DNA of 64,000 nt. It comes from Octopus vulgaris. Taxonomy: Eukaryota. The notes under the pieces were generated by a model. It was not told the origin of the DNA, did not search any database, and was given only the letters and a program-made list of their open reading frames with translations. Shown piece by piece: positions 52,279 to 64,000 of this stretch. The stretch lies in contig OX597840.1 of NCBI GenBank assembly GCA_951406725.2, positions 16,740,001-16,804,000 of the forward strand. The letters run 5' to 3'. Positions within the stretch are counted from its first letter, which is position 1. Each line of letters opens with the position of its first letter. Made by a program: the position numbers and the translations under genes.

Positions 52279-54201
52279 ATGTATAGTTACATATATATGT
52301 ATCTATACATTCATATATGTAACTATGTATTGTGCATATATATGACCGCTCGCGTACAAACTCTCACGCACGCGCACACACACACACACACACACACACG
52401 TATATCTACACACACTCAAACACAGATACAGATACATAGGTATACATAAACACGTGTACATATACACCCGTGCTCATCTTTACACTTCTCTACGCAATTC
52501 TTATATACCGCTAAGTATCCATTTCCATCTATACGCAAGTATGTTCGTGTACAGTTCTACAGCCGAATAGATTGCTTTGCTGTGCGCAAGAGAGACTTGC
52601 GAATGATACCTATGAGCTCATGTATACATAAACATGAGTGTATATGTGTGTGTATATGTAGATAAGCGTTGGTGTTTAGCCCATGGCAACGCCGATCTAA
52701 TGGATTGTGATCAAATGCAGTCCAACTACGACCCTCTCGTCATTTTATTGTTCTTTTATCTTTAACTTGATTCTGTCATTGGACTGCGGCCATGCTGGGG
52801 TACTGCCTTGAAGGTTTTGTTGTTGTTGTTGTTGTTCCTTTTTAGTTTCTTGGTCGAACAAAATGAACCCAATACTTGTGTTTGTAAAGTTTGGTGTTCA
52901 TTCCATCGGTCACTTTTGCCGAACCACTAGAACACCGGTTGTCGAGTGGTTGGGAGAGGGACAAACACAAACACAGAGACGCACGTGCACACACACACGT
53001 TATGTACACAAGACGGACTTCCACGCAGTTTCCATCTACTAAATTCACGCACAAAGCAATCAATCGGACTAGGGCTGTAGTGGAGGACATTCGGTCAAGC
53101 TGCTCAAGGTGCCAGGTACAGTGCTGTACGACTCCGCCCAAAACCATATGGGGGTGGGGGGTAAAGCAAGTATCTTAACCACACAATCATGCCTGTGCCA
53201 TACCCGTTGTCTTTCCCCATACCCCATTTGAAACAACGGAGCGTGATTTGAAGGAATTCAACAAAAACTTTTTGTAAGTCAAGCAATCACAAATATTGTA
53301 CATATATTTAGACGTTGTCTCGTCTGTGTGTGTATGTTTGTGTGTCTGCGTTTGTCTCCCCCACCATCCAATGTTGGTGTGTTTACGTACCCGTAACTTA
53401 GCGGTGCGGTACAAGAGACCGATAGAATAAGTTCTAGGCTTACAAAGAACAAGTCCTGGAATCGATCTTTTCGACTAAATGCGGTGCTTCAGCATGGCCG
53501 CAGTTAAATGACTGAAACAAATAAAAGAATAAAAGTATATATACTTTGAGAAAGGCAAAATGCAAGACGCGAAGTCACAAACGAGTTCCTTTGTTGTTAC
53601 AACCAGATGTGTTCGTTTATCGGAGCAACGAGACCCTCAAAGTCATCCTTAAAGATGACGGATTACTTGCGTAGTGACTGTTTAAACTGAAGAAGAGTTA
53701 TGCACCATCGACTTCACTCTCTCGCCAGACTCCATAACTACGTATATTTATTATAACCTTTTTCTTTTTTTAATTGAGAATTCCAAGTGGCCCGGTTTCG
53801 ATTTCTGACATAGGAACTTTTTTATTGGTGCAGGCGTAGGTGTGTGGTAAAAATTTTAATTCACAACTACATGGTTCCGCGTTCTATCCCACTACATGGC
53901 ACCTTGGGCAAGTATCTTTTACTATAGCCCCGGGCCGACCTAAGCCTTGCGATCAGATGTGGTAGACTGCGGATACTGAAAAAGCCCGTCATATATATAT
54001 ATATATATACACACACATGGCCTGCTCGCTTAGCCAGCGGGGTGGCGTCATTCGAAGGCTAAAACAATGCGAATGCATTGTGACCAGCGATGTGTAACAA
54101 CATCTGATGGTCTGGTCGGTCACGTGATCACGTGATATACACACATACATACACTCACACACACATATACATGTGTGCGTGTGTGTATGTGTGTGTCTAC
54201 G

Positions 54202-55388
54202 TACGAGGGTGGGATGAAAAGTTCCTAGGCTGACTATCAAGGAGCTGATAATGAGTATTGTGATATCTGGCATGCATTGATTTCAACTATTTTTGACATC
54301 TGGCTGTCCAAAGTAGACTTCAAAAGTAACTAGTAGCGATTTATCTTGAAAAATTTAGCATCGACAAAATTTAGCATCGTGGTGTTAGCAGGTACCTACA
54401 GAAAAATGGCTTTAGTCTCCAGCGACATTTCTGCTAATATGGTTGCTACATTAGGGGACGAAGCTCCAGCTTTATTAACTGTAGGCAGCTGAATTCAGGA
54501 GGGAAAGGGAGAGTCTTGAAGAAGACCCAAGGTCTGGACGTCCTGAAACTTCCACCAACGAGTAAAACATTCATAGTTTACACCACATGGTGATGGGTGA
54601 CAGGCGATTGTTTATAAATCAAACAGCTAATGTTATTAGCATATCCCGTGGCAGATTTGAGATTTCTGTCACTATGGTTCTGCTCAGTGGGTGCCCTATC
54701 TTATAACACCTAATCAAAAGCGCGCCAGGCTGATCACATCAAGGAAAATCTGACATTGTTTGGGGCAAATCCAGCTGGTTTCCTCGAACGTTTCCTGAGT
54801 GTTGTGTTCATCACTTTAAGCCAGAGACAAAGACACAATTCATGCAGTGGAAACACTCCTCATCACTTGCTCCAAAGAAAGCCAAAGTCGTTTCGTCTGC
54901 AGGGAAGCTTTTTGGGATGCAAAATGCATTGTGTTTGTTGACTATCTTCAAAAGGGCCACGCCGACAATGAATAGCACTTAGGCCAACATGCTGATGCAG
55001 TTACGAAAGACTATCAAAACCAAACGCCTTGGAAAACTAACAAAAAGGCAAATCTTTATTTCGATAGCTACAGTGCCTGACTGTGGCCTTGAACTGATTG
55101 ATCAGCTTTTCTATTCTCTAAGGTGGCCCCATCTGACTACCATCAGTTTCCCAACGTGACAAACACTTGCTGGGAACGAGTATCGCATCATTACGTCATA
55201 TCTACTGTTGATGACTTTTTTTGACCAACAAGACGAAAGCTCCTTCAATGGGCCCCAAGCATTGCAACGCCGATGCAATAAGTGTAAGAACCGCGAGGAG
55301 GACAGACTACGTTGAAAATTAAACATCATTTTGTCACATTCCATGAAAATACCTTGGTCAGGTTATGTAGTTTAAAGCCGACCCTCTC
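54202..55388 (+). mobile_element. degenerate near-full-length mariner transposon
   Basis: Left end TACGAGGGTGGGATGAAAAGTTCCTAGGCTGAC, right end GGTCAGGTTATG...CCGACCCTC; fragmented transposase motifs (DPRSGRP, WVP, KPETK, QWKH, APKKAK, SAGK, FWD, VDYLQKG) with many stops and frameshifts. Confidence 0.85.
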
Positions 55389-56122
55389 TCTCTCTCTCAC
55401 ACACACACATATATATATATAATGTATGTATGTATATCTGTGTGTGTGTGCGTATGTGTGTCTTTGTGTTCGTGTTTGTCCCTCACAACCGTTTGACAAA
55501 CGGTGTTGGCTTGTTCACGTTCCTGTAAATTAGTGGTTAGGTAAAAGATACTGATAGAATACGTAGCAGGCTTAAAAAGGGTACTGGACTCGTCGATTAG
55601 TTCGACCAAACCCTTTAAGGCGTGCCCACGCTGGCTGCAGTCCAATGACTAAAACAAGTAAAAAAAATTCAAGATAGAAATAAGAAAAAATTAAATATTT
55701 AACTTTAATTACTTGCAAAAGATATCATGAAATCATTTTCTTTGTAACTATAGCAACAGAAAAATCTAAATTTAATCACTATGGTATTCAATTTTAAGAG
55801 AAAATTTGCAATTACAATTCTGATTACCTTATCTCTATGAGTTGCGCATTTTATGCGCACATCGTCTGAGGAGAATATTGTCTGATGACAGCATACAGTA
55901 GCAATCAACATATCCGAGTTCGAATCTGACAGAATGTATTATGGATAAATATTTGTCTTTTTCTTTCCTTTTTATCTCTTCTGACACACACACACACACA
56001 CACACATTGGAAAATCTATACGCGCGCGCGTGCGTATGTATCTTTTACTTGTTTCAGTCATTAGACTGCAACCGTACTGGGTCACAACATTAAGGAGCAG
56101 TTAGTCGAGCGAATCGACGCTC

Positions 56123-56183
<61 letters not shown>

Positions 56184-56244
56184 TTTACGGAGATGTATTG
56201 CATAGCAAGTGATCTGATCTAAGATCGTATGCTGGAACGAAAAC

Positions 56245-56409
56245 AATTGCTGCGTGAAAGGTGTTTATAAGCCATTTAAGAAACACACAAAAACCGTTAG
56301 ATTCACTTCAGCATCAAAATATTTTGACAAATAAAATATATATGTTGAAGTGATTCTAACGATTTTTGTGTTTCTTAAATGGCTTATAAACACCTTCCAC
56401 GCTACAATT
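56245..56409. repeat. inverted repeat of about 70 bp in (TA)n, pLTR-like, no ribozyme core retained
   Basis: Arms 56245-56314 / 56342-56409. Confidence 0.7.
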
Positions 56410-56883
56410 ATATATATATATACATATATATGAAGAGGAACTAAGAGTATTTCTTAAAGTTCAAAATCACGATGACATGGGTATGTCCGACTTTTCCAGT
56501 TTCGATTATTGTCGTCATTGGCACGCGGTCTTAGTATTTTTATTCATTTGCCCGCTTTCACCTTTGTGTTTAAGTGAAAACTTGTGGTTTGGTCACTTTG
56601 ACTGTGACCTTAAGAGACATGTGAAAAATTCCATCCAAGGATTATTGTTATTGTACATATTATATCATGGTATATTATATATATATATATATATTTCTTT
56701 TTCTTTTACTTGTTTCTGCCATTTCACTGCGGCTATGCTGGAGCACCAACATCGATCCAAGGACTTAATCTTTGTAAGCATAGTATTTATTCTATCAGTC
56801 TCTTTTGCCGAGCCTCTAAGTCACGGGGACGTAAACACACCAACATCGCTTGACAACCGATGGTGGGGGACAAACACAGACAC

Positions 56884-57004
<121 letters not shown>

Positions 57005-57126
57005 CATATATATATATATATTCCTTTATTCTTTAATTCTTTTACTTCTTTCAGTCATTTGACTGCGGCCATGTTGCAGAATGACCTTAAGTGGAGCAAA
57101 TCGACCCCAGGACTTATTCTTTGTAA

Positions 57127-57276
57127 CATTATTTACATTATTTACATTTGACGGATATTTGTCCTCATCTTGTTTGTTATTACGACAACGTTTCGGCTGA
57201 TATACCCTCCAGCCTTCATCAGGTGTCTTGGGGAAATTTCGAACCTGGGTTCTCATTCCTAATGTATTTTTCGATA

Positions 57277-57329
<53 letters not shown>

Positions 57330-57423
57330 GAGGTCACTGCCTGGAATCGAACCCGGAATCTTGGGATTAGTAGCCCGCGCTCTTAACCACTACGCCATAT
57401 GCCCGTGGGCATATAGAACTGTA
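57127..57423 (-). mobile_element. tRNA-headed SINE carrying a hammerhead ribozyme, 13-bp TSD
   Basis: Head 57404-57331 with A box TGGCGTAGTGG and B box GGTTCGATTCC, then (AAT)n, HHR 57227-57182, tail (AATGTAAAT)n; TSD TTATTCTTTGTAA at 57114-57126 and 57424-57436. Confidence 0.88.
57182..57227 (-). ncRNA. minimal type I hammerhead ribozyme within SINE
   Basis: GACAC-CUGAUGA-A-GGCUG(GAGGGUAUAU)CAGCC-GAAACGUU-GUcGU; one extra C in the stem I 3' strand. Confidence 0.8.
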
Positions 57424-57551
57424 TTATTCTTTGTAAGCCTAGTACTTATTCTATCGGACTCTAGTGCCGAATCGCTAAGTTACGGGGACGTAAACACACT
57501 AGCATCGGTTGTCAAGCGATGTTGGGGGAACAAACACAGATACACAAACAT

Positions 57552-57654
<103 letters not shown>

Positions 57655-57950
57655 CGAGTGAGTGGACAAACATTAGGGGCTTTGAAACTGTAAGTAACAC
57701 AGAATTTGAATCAAACTATACGACGAGCTTTTTCAGGTCACTTATCGGATCACACACACTGCCATTGTTGACATGGAAACCCATGCAACTTGTTGCATGT
57801 TTGGGTCATCGGCGATTAAACAGACACCCCCACTAAACTTGCCTTGTGAGGGGGTTACTAGAATCCTATAGGACTAAAAACAAGACCTGCCAAAAGGACA
57901 AGTCAACCTAGAGTAAGTTCAACCACTGTCTAGCAATAGCATAACTCCTC

Positions 57951-58183
57951 AGAAATACCTATTTCTTTACTACCCACAAGGGGCTAAACACAGAGAGGAC
58001 AAACAAGGACAGACAAACGGATTAAGTGCGTAACTGGTACTTTATTTATCGACCCCGAAAGGATGAAAGGCAAAGTCGACCTCGGCGGAATTTGAACTCA
58101 GAACGTAATGGCAGACGAAATACCGCTAAGCATTTCGCCCGGCGCGCTAACGTCTCTGCCAGCTCGCCGCCTTTAGAAATACC
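57951..58183 (-). mobile_element. SINE family B monomer with AGAAATACC duplication
   Basis: AGAAATACC at 57951-57959 and 58175-58183; inserted in a degenerate relative of the putative RTE 5' UTR. Confidence 0.85.
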
Positions 58184-58653
58184 GGGTTGGTGTCCGGCGT
58201 GCTGGAAGACTACGGGAAATGAGACAGCCCTCAGGTTTTGCTAAAGCATGCGTCTAGAAGAATCTATATCTGATATTAAGAAAACCGATATGCAGGGAAT
58301 GACATTGGACTATTTGGGGATCTTTTGCTTGCACTTGAAATCATGGCACCCCAACATTCTTGAGCTTGTGACTCATATTCGTATCTTATCGTATCTTATC
58401 CTATATTGTTTCTGGATTATGTCAATAGGGTGGAAAGGGTCTGTAAGGTTCTGTACAAGTTCCATTGGACCAAAAATGTTAGGCTGTGCAATTGCCTGCG
58501 GAGCAACTATCCGATGGCCGGTTGAGGAGGAGGGCGCCGCGGCAAGCATGGAAGCTAATGTGAAGCTGACTGCTGGTACATTAACCTCATACATTTTTGC
58601 ATGGACAATGGTCAGTATGGTCAGTGATGGCCTTCCTCGGTCACAAATGGATA

Positions 58654-58695
<42 letters not shown>

Positions 58696-59084
58696 GTACG
58701 TGTGTGTACACATGCACATACAACAACACACACACACACACACACACATATGAATGAGTGTATGTGTTTGTGTTTGACCCCTACCACCGCTAGACAACCG
58801 GAACTGGTTTGTTCACGTCTATGTGACATAGCGGTTGGGGAAAATACGGCGATAGAATAAGTACCAGGCTTTAAAAAATAAGTACTGTAGCGATTTTGTT
58901 TGACTAAAGCCTTAAAGGCGATGCCCCAGCATGGCCGCAGTCCAATGAGCGAAGCAATGAAAAGATACAAGATGATTCACAAGCGAACGAGATCACTGTG
59001 CGCATTTGAACACATGGTTGCTCACCATTACCAAAACCAGTACCACCATCATCATCATCCGTCCCATTTGGGAGACAAAATATG

Positions 59085-60012
59085 AAGAGAGAGAGGGGGA
59101 GAGAGAGCGAGAGAGAGAGAGAGAAAGTATTGGGAGGTGGATAAAGGGGATATGCAGAGAGAGAGAGAGGGAAAGATAAAGAGGGAGAGAAGGAGAGAGG
59201 GAAAGACAAGCAGAGGGAAGAAAAAGTGAGAGAAGTAGAGGGGGCAAAGAGGAATAGAGGAGAAAGAGAGAGAAAGTAATGGGCGGTGGATAAAGGAGAT
59301 ACGCAGAGAGGGAGAGAGAGGGAAAGAGGGAAAAAGAGAGGGAGAGAGTGTGGTGGAGTAAGTCGAAAAGAAGTAAGGGTGAGAGAAAAAGAGGCAAAGA
59401 GGAATAAAGGGAGAGAAAAAGAGAAAGAGAGAGAGAGAGAGAAGTGGTGAGAGGCAAAAGAGGAGAGAAGTAGAGAGGGGCAAAGAGTAATAAAGAGGGG
59501 AGGGAAAGAGAGAGACTCACACACAGAGTTAGGGAAATAAAGGTAAGGAGAGACAAAGAGTGGTAGAGAGAGAGGGTTAGAGAGGGAGAGAGGAAGAGAG
59601 ACATACAGAGGGAAACAAGCATGAAGAAGGAGAGAGGTGGGGTAAAATTTTAGATAGAGAGACAGAAAAGGGGAGAAAAGAAGAGAGAGATTTGGAGAGA
59701 GAGAAGTGAATGTACGAGAGAGAGCGAGATAGACATAAATAATGAGAGAAAGATAGAGATATGGAAAGACGTAGAGAGATATAAAGAGAGGGAGAGGGGT
59801 AGAGATAGAAAGAAATAATTAGATAGAGAGAGAGGGGGAAAGAGAGAGGGACAGGATAACAGATATACAGACGGACAGATAGACTGACAGAATGAGAGAG
59901 AAAGGAGGAGAGGAGAGATAGATAGAAATGTAGAGGGAAAAAGAGATGATTATATGTAGAGAGATTAGATAGCAGAGACCGAAAGTATTAGGGATGGACA
60001 GAAAGAAGTAAA

Positions 60013-60079
<67 letters not shown>

Positions 60080-60267
60080 CTACGGAGAGAGTGATGGAGA
60101 GAGAAAACCTACGGAAAGAATTGGGAGAGAGAGAGAGAGAGAGTAAACTACAGAGAGAGTAAAGGAGAGAGAGAGGAAAGTAGTGAAATAGAGAAAGTGG
60201 TAAAGGTGCAAATGAGAAAAATAGAGATACAGAGAAAGAACGAAAAAAATAATATGAGAAAGACAGA

Positions 60268-60301
<34 letters not shown>

Positions 60302-60350
60302 AAGAGAGAGAGAGAGAATATGAGAAAGAGAGAGAGAGAGAATATAAGAG
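59085..60350. repeat. long polypurine (AG-rich) low-complexity tract
   Basis: Degenerate (GA)n with an internal duplication. Other long simple repeats throughout: (TA)n, (CA)n, (TATG)n at 33790-34095, (TATC)n at 39360-39670, (GGT)n at 9838-10070, polypyrimidine at 15175-15450. Confidence 0.9.
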
Positions 60351-60621
60351 AGCGTCTGTAGAAGATAGATACGAGTATATTTAAAAGCAGAGTAAGGCTT
60401 TGGTGTAAGGTATTCAATGAGATCAGATGAGTGCACGATTCCATTGTAAACAGAGTAGTACTAGTAGTAGCGTGGTACTATAGTCGTGTATTTGTATAGT
60501 ATAGAGTCATAGTAGGGGAATGAAAGTGAGCGGGGTGGGGGTCTCTAATGTCTCGCTTTGTAGCAAGGCTTTCAGTGAAATACATTAATCATCATTTTGG
60601 AGTTGTGATCAACGGGCCGAG

Positions 60622-60661
<40 letters not shown>

Positions 60662-61169
60662 CTGTGTGTGTGGCTGTGTGTGTGTGGCTGTGTGTATGTA
60701 TGTGCGTATAATGCATATATACAAGCCTGTACCCATGCATATATATTACATCGTCCCCTGTACTTGACTGGTACTTATTTCATCAACACCCATATCTGTG
60801 TGAATGTCGACTTCGGCGGCATTTGGACTCAGAACGTAAAGGCGGACGAAACGCCATTAAACATTTTGTCCGGCGTGCTAACGATTCTGCCTGCTCGTCG
60901 CCTTTGTATTATACATATAATATGATACGATGAAAATTGTAATTCCTTATATATAGCAGCAATCCCATATATATAATTCCTTATATATAGCTTTCTCATA
61001 TATACACACTATGTGTCTGTGTATATTGTGCTATCTTTTCCGTATCAATACGTTCTGAGTTCCAGTTCTGCCAAAGTACTGGCAGATGGGGTTGATCACC
61101 TGATTATGCGATCACCCTTTAAAACCGGCAGTTATATGTTAAGATATATAGATATGTAAATATATGTAA

Positions 61170-61201
<32 letters not shown>

Positions 61202-61447
61202 GACCAGTTTACAAGTACTTCGACACGAAAGTCTAGGCTTTTGAGTAACTCCTGTAATTTTCTAATTTAATTTTCTGTTCGTTCCTTAACTTCCGTATGT
61301 TAAACTGAATCTATATATACATACTCTGTGTGTGTGTTTGCGTGCGTAGTTATGAATAGTATATAACGATTTCTCCTTAATGAGAAATATATACAAAAAT
61401 ACATTATTATACACAACATATCTGTGTGAATGTGTGTTTGTTTATGC

Positions 61448-61538
<91 letters not shown>

Positions 61539-61916
61539 TGTGTATATATATATATATGTACATGTGTGTGTGTGTGTGTATTTATATATATGTATGTATT
61601 TCTTTTGTTGAGTGTTTCTAATTAAGTAGAGCTATGACAAATGCCTTCATGAAATAAACAGTAACATGAATGTATAATATAACCAAATAAGTAATAAATA
61701 TATATATTTACTTAACATACACACGCACACACAGACACACACACATACATACACACACACTCACATATACAAACGAATATATAAATATGTGTGCATTTAT
61801 ATTTATATGTATACACACATTTATATATATATATGTATATATATATACATATAGTATATATTTATGTATATATGTATATATATAGTGTATATATATATGT
61901 ATATATATATATAGTG

Positions 61917-61953
<37 letters not shown>

Positions 61954-62096
61954 GTGTGTATATATATATATAATTTGTTTCAAGTTGATGATTCATCTCG
62001 GTGTCACATGAATGGCTGTATAAACCCTATTGTAGGTGTTGCGTATCTATATCTATCAGTCGTACACACAATGTGGGTGAGTGTGTGTGTATACAT

Positions 62097-62132
<36 letters not shown>

Positions 62133-62194
62133 GTATGTATATGTATTTATGTATATATATACATACATGTACATATATATATATGTATATATAC

Positions 62195-62225
<31 letters not shown>

Positions 62226-62253
62226 GATATATATACATACATGTATAGATACA

Positions 62254-62337
<84 letters not shown>

Positions 62338-63398
62338 CTTACAGCTAAGCCCAGTTCCACACGGTCTGTTTGGATGATGTGGCTATGATCGTTTTTGGTT
62401 AAGCATAATCTATAACAGCGTTACTCAACCTTATCATTTCGGGTCCCCTGTTTTGATTGGAGCCTCCAGCTGAATGAAAATTTCCTGACCCCGCTCCCAT
62501 TATTAGAAAACTACTTCAGGAGTTGTGAAGAACGAATTTGTACATAGTCTGTTTCTGAGAGCTATTCTATTGGACCTCTGTCTAAGCATTAAAACATTGA
62601 TTTCATTATGAACATAGAAATAAATTATACATTAATCCCTATTTTTGTAAACAGTTGTATCCGCGAAAAAATTATTTGCAGAAAGCAGAGATTGACAGAA
62701 GATATATGAAATAGACGTGTGTGTGTGTGCGTGCGTGCTTGCACATGTGTATGTGAGAGAGAAAGAGGGTGAGAAAGAGAGATAGAGTGAGTGAGTGAAG
62801 GTGTCGTGATGATTGCCGTCTTTTAAAGTACACACAAATACATAGAAAATGTGAGGTCAGCGTATAAAATTTTTACGATAGTTGATTAATGGAAAAGATT
62901 ATGTTAAATTTTTGAAATGCAAATATGTGAATGAAAATTAAGTTCAGACCTCTACGTGGTAGCTAGACCAGCTTGAAAGAGCAGCCAAATCTCCCTCAAA
63001 ACACCCTACTGTCTTAATCCGACAATTCTGCCTATTATGTAGTTTGAATGAGAAACAATAAAGATTCAGATTATTAACCCCGCAAAGAGGTGAAGGAAGA
63101 GAGACAGCATAGCGAAAGTTTTGGCTGACTGTCATCCTGTACTCCCGTTGCTGCTAGCGAAATGCTGTATGCCGGCTGTGTGAGCAACAGTATTAATCGA
63201 TTTTCTCGATTTTACTATGGGGGCTAGGAAAAAACTACAAACCACATTCCAATGTATGCACTCGTCTCCATATGTGTGCCATTTTTCACGCGAATCCACC
63301 CAGCCGTTTGGCTGTGAACCTCAAGACAAGAAAGTATACAACGCTCGCCTATGTCCAATTTATATTATAGATATATATATATATATATACATATATAT

Positions 63399-63529
63399 AA
63401 GAATGAAAGAGACCACGATATTATGTAAATAGAGGAATTTATCTGTAAATATAATATGTGACAATTATTCGGTAGCCATGATAAAACTCCGAGTTTCGGA
63501 TGTCGGGGCGGAAACCCACGCCGCCTTCG
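63399..63529 (-). mobile_element. pLTR-like module truncated at the start of hammerhead stem II
   Basis: Same family as 36121-36325; retains ...CAUCC-GAAACUCGGAGUU-UUAUC but lacks CUGAAGA. Confidence 0.75.
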
Positions 63530-63591
63530 ATAAAAATGCTATGTATGTATGTATGTATGTATGTATGTATGTATGTATGTATGTATGTATG

Positions 63592-63646
<55 letters not shown>

Positions 63647-64000
63647 GCATACGTTCACACACATGTGCAATGCTGTCATAATCTGTGCAAGTGTTATTGC
63701 ATCGTTTCTTTATATCTCTAAGTAGTAGTTGCTGATAAGGCTGTCCCGTTTTGCTTCTCACTGATATCTTTTCTCGATATTAATGTTAGAAGCAGGAATT
63801 TGTGTCCAGGGAAGGTAAGCAAATTGGCACCGGTTGTCAAGCATTCTGGGACAAACGCGCGCGCGCACAGACACAAGCGCACAAACACATAGGTCCATGT
63901 ATGACGGATTTGCACACAGTTTACCTCTAGGAAATCCATTCACAAGCCATTAATCAGTTTGGAGCTATTGTAAAAGACACGCCTAAAGTTGTGAACAGTG

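Noticed and set aside
55872-55936. CTGATGA motif as a hammerhead
   Set aside because: No GAAA, stem II or UH arrangement could be built.
56431-56478. TGAAGA-GGAACT...AGTTC-AAAATCACGATG as a functional hammerhead
   Set aside because: It lacks C3 and stem I, has AAAA for GAAA and G at the cleavage position; counted only as a probable relic.
57331-57404. Possible tRNA gene
   Set aside because: A and B boxes are present but the acceptor and anticodon stems pair poorly; it is the head of a TSD-flanked SINE.
58248-58757. 169-aa ORF as a host gene
   Set aside because: No recognisable motif; it lies downstream of a degenerate LINE-UTR-like repeat and runs into microsatellite.
58904-59622. Leu/Ser/Phe-rich 206-209 aa ORFs resembling membrane proteins
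   Set aside because: Translation of a polypyrimidine low-complexity tract.

Overview
This is a eukaryotic, extremely repeat-rich, AT-rich window with no host exon that I can recognise, so it is probably intronic or intergenic. The SINE families and the microsatellite load suggest an octopus/cephalopod genome; that is an inference from recalled repeat families, not a search. Nearly all long ORFs in the track are microsatellite read-throughs. The real content is: (i) dozens of tRNA-derived SINE copies in at least four families, one forming self-nested tandem arrays; (ii) LINE relics (RTE, BovB-like RTE, CR1, HERO/R2-group); (iii) four Tc1/mariner derivatives, a Helentron-type HINE and a possible solo LTR. 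The most notable signal is more than 15 intact, variant or truncated type I hammerhead ribozyme (HHR) motifs from several unrelated sequence families. They sit in ORF-less, mostly AT-rich modules embedded in (TA)n tracts, often as inverted repeats whose breakpoints fall in or next to the ribozyme, an architecture like Penelope pseudo-LTRs or retrozymes. One HHR is carried inside a tRNA-headed SINE with a clean 13-bp target-site duplication (57114-57436). All folds were read by eye; no activity is demonstrated.
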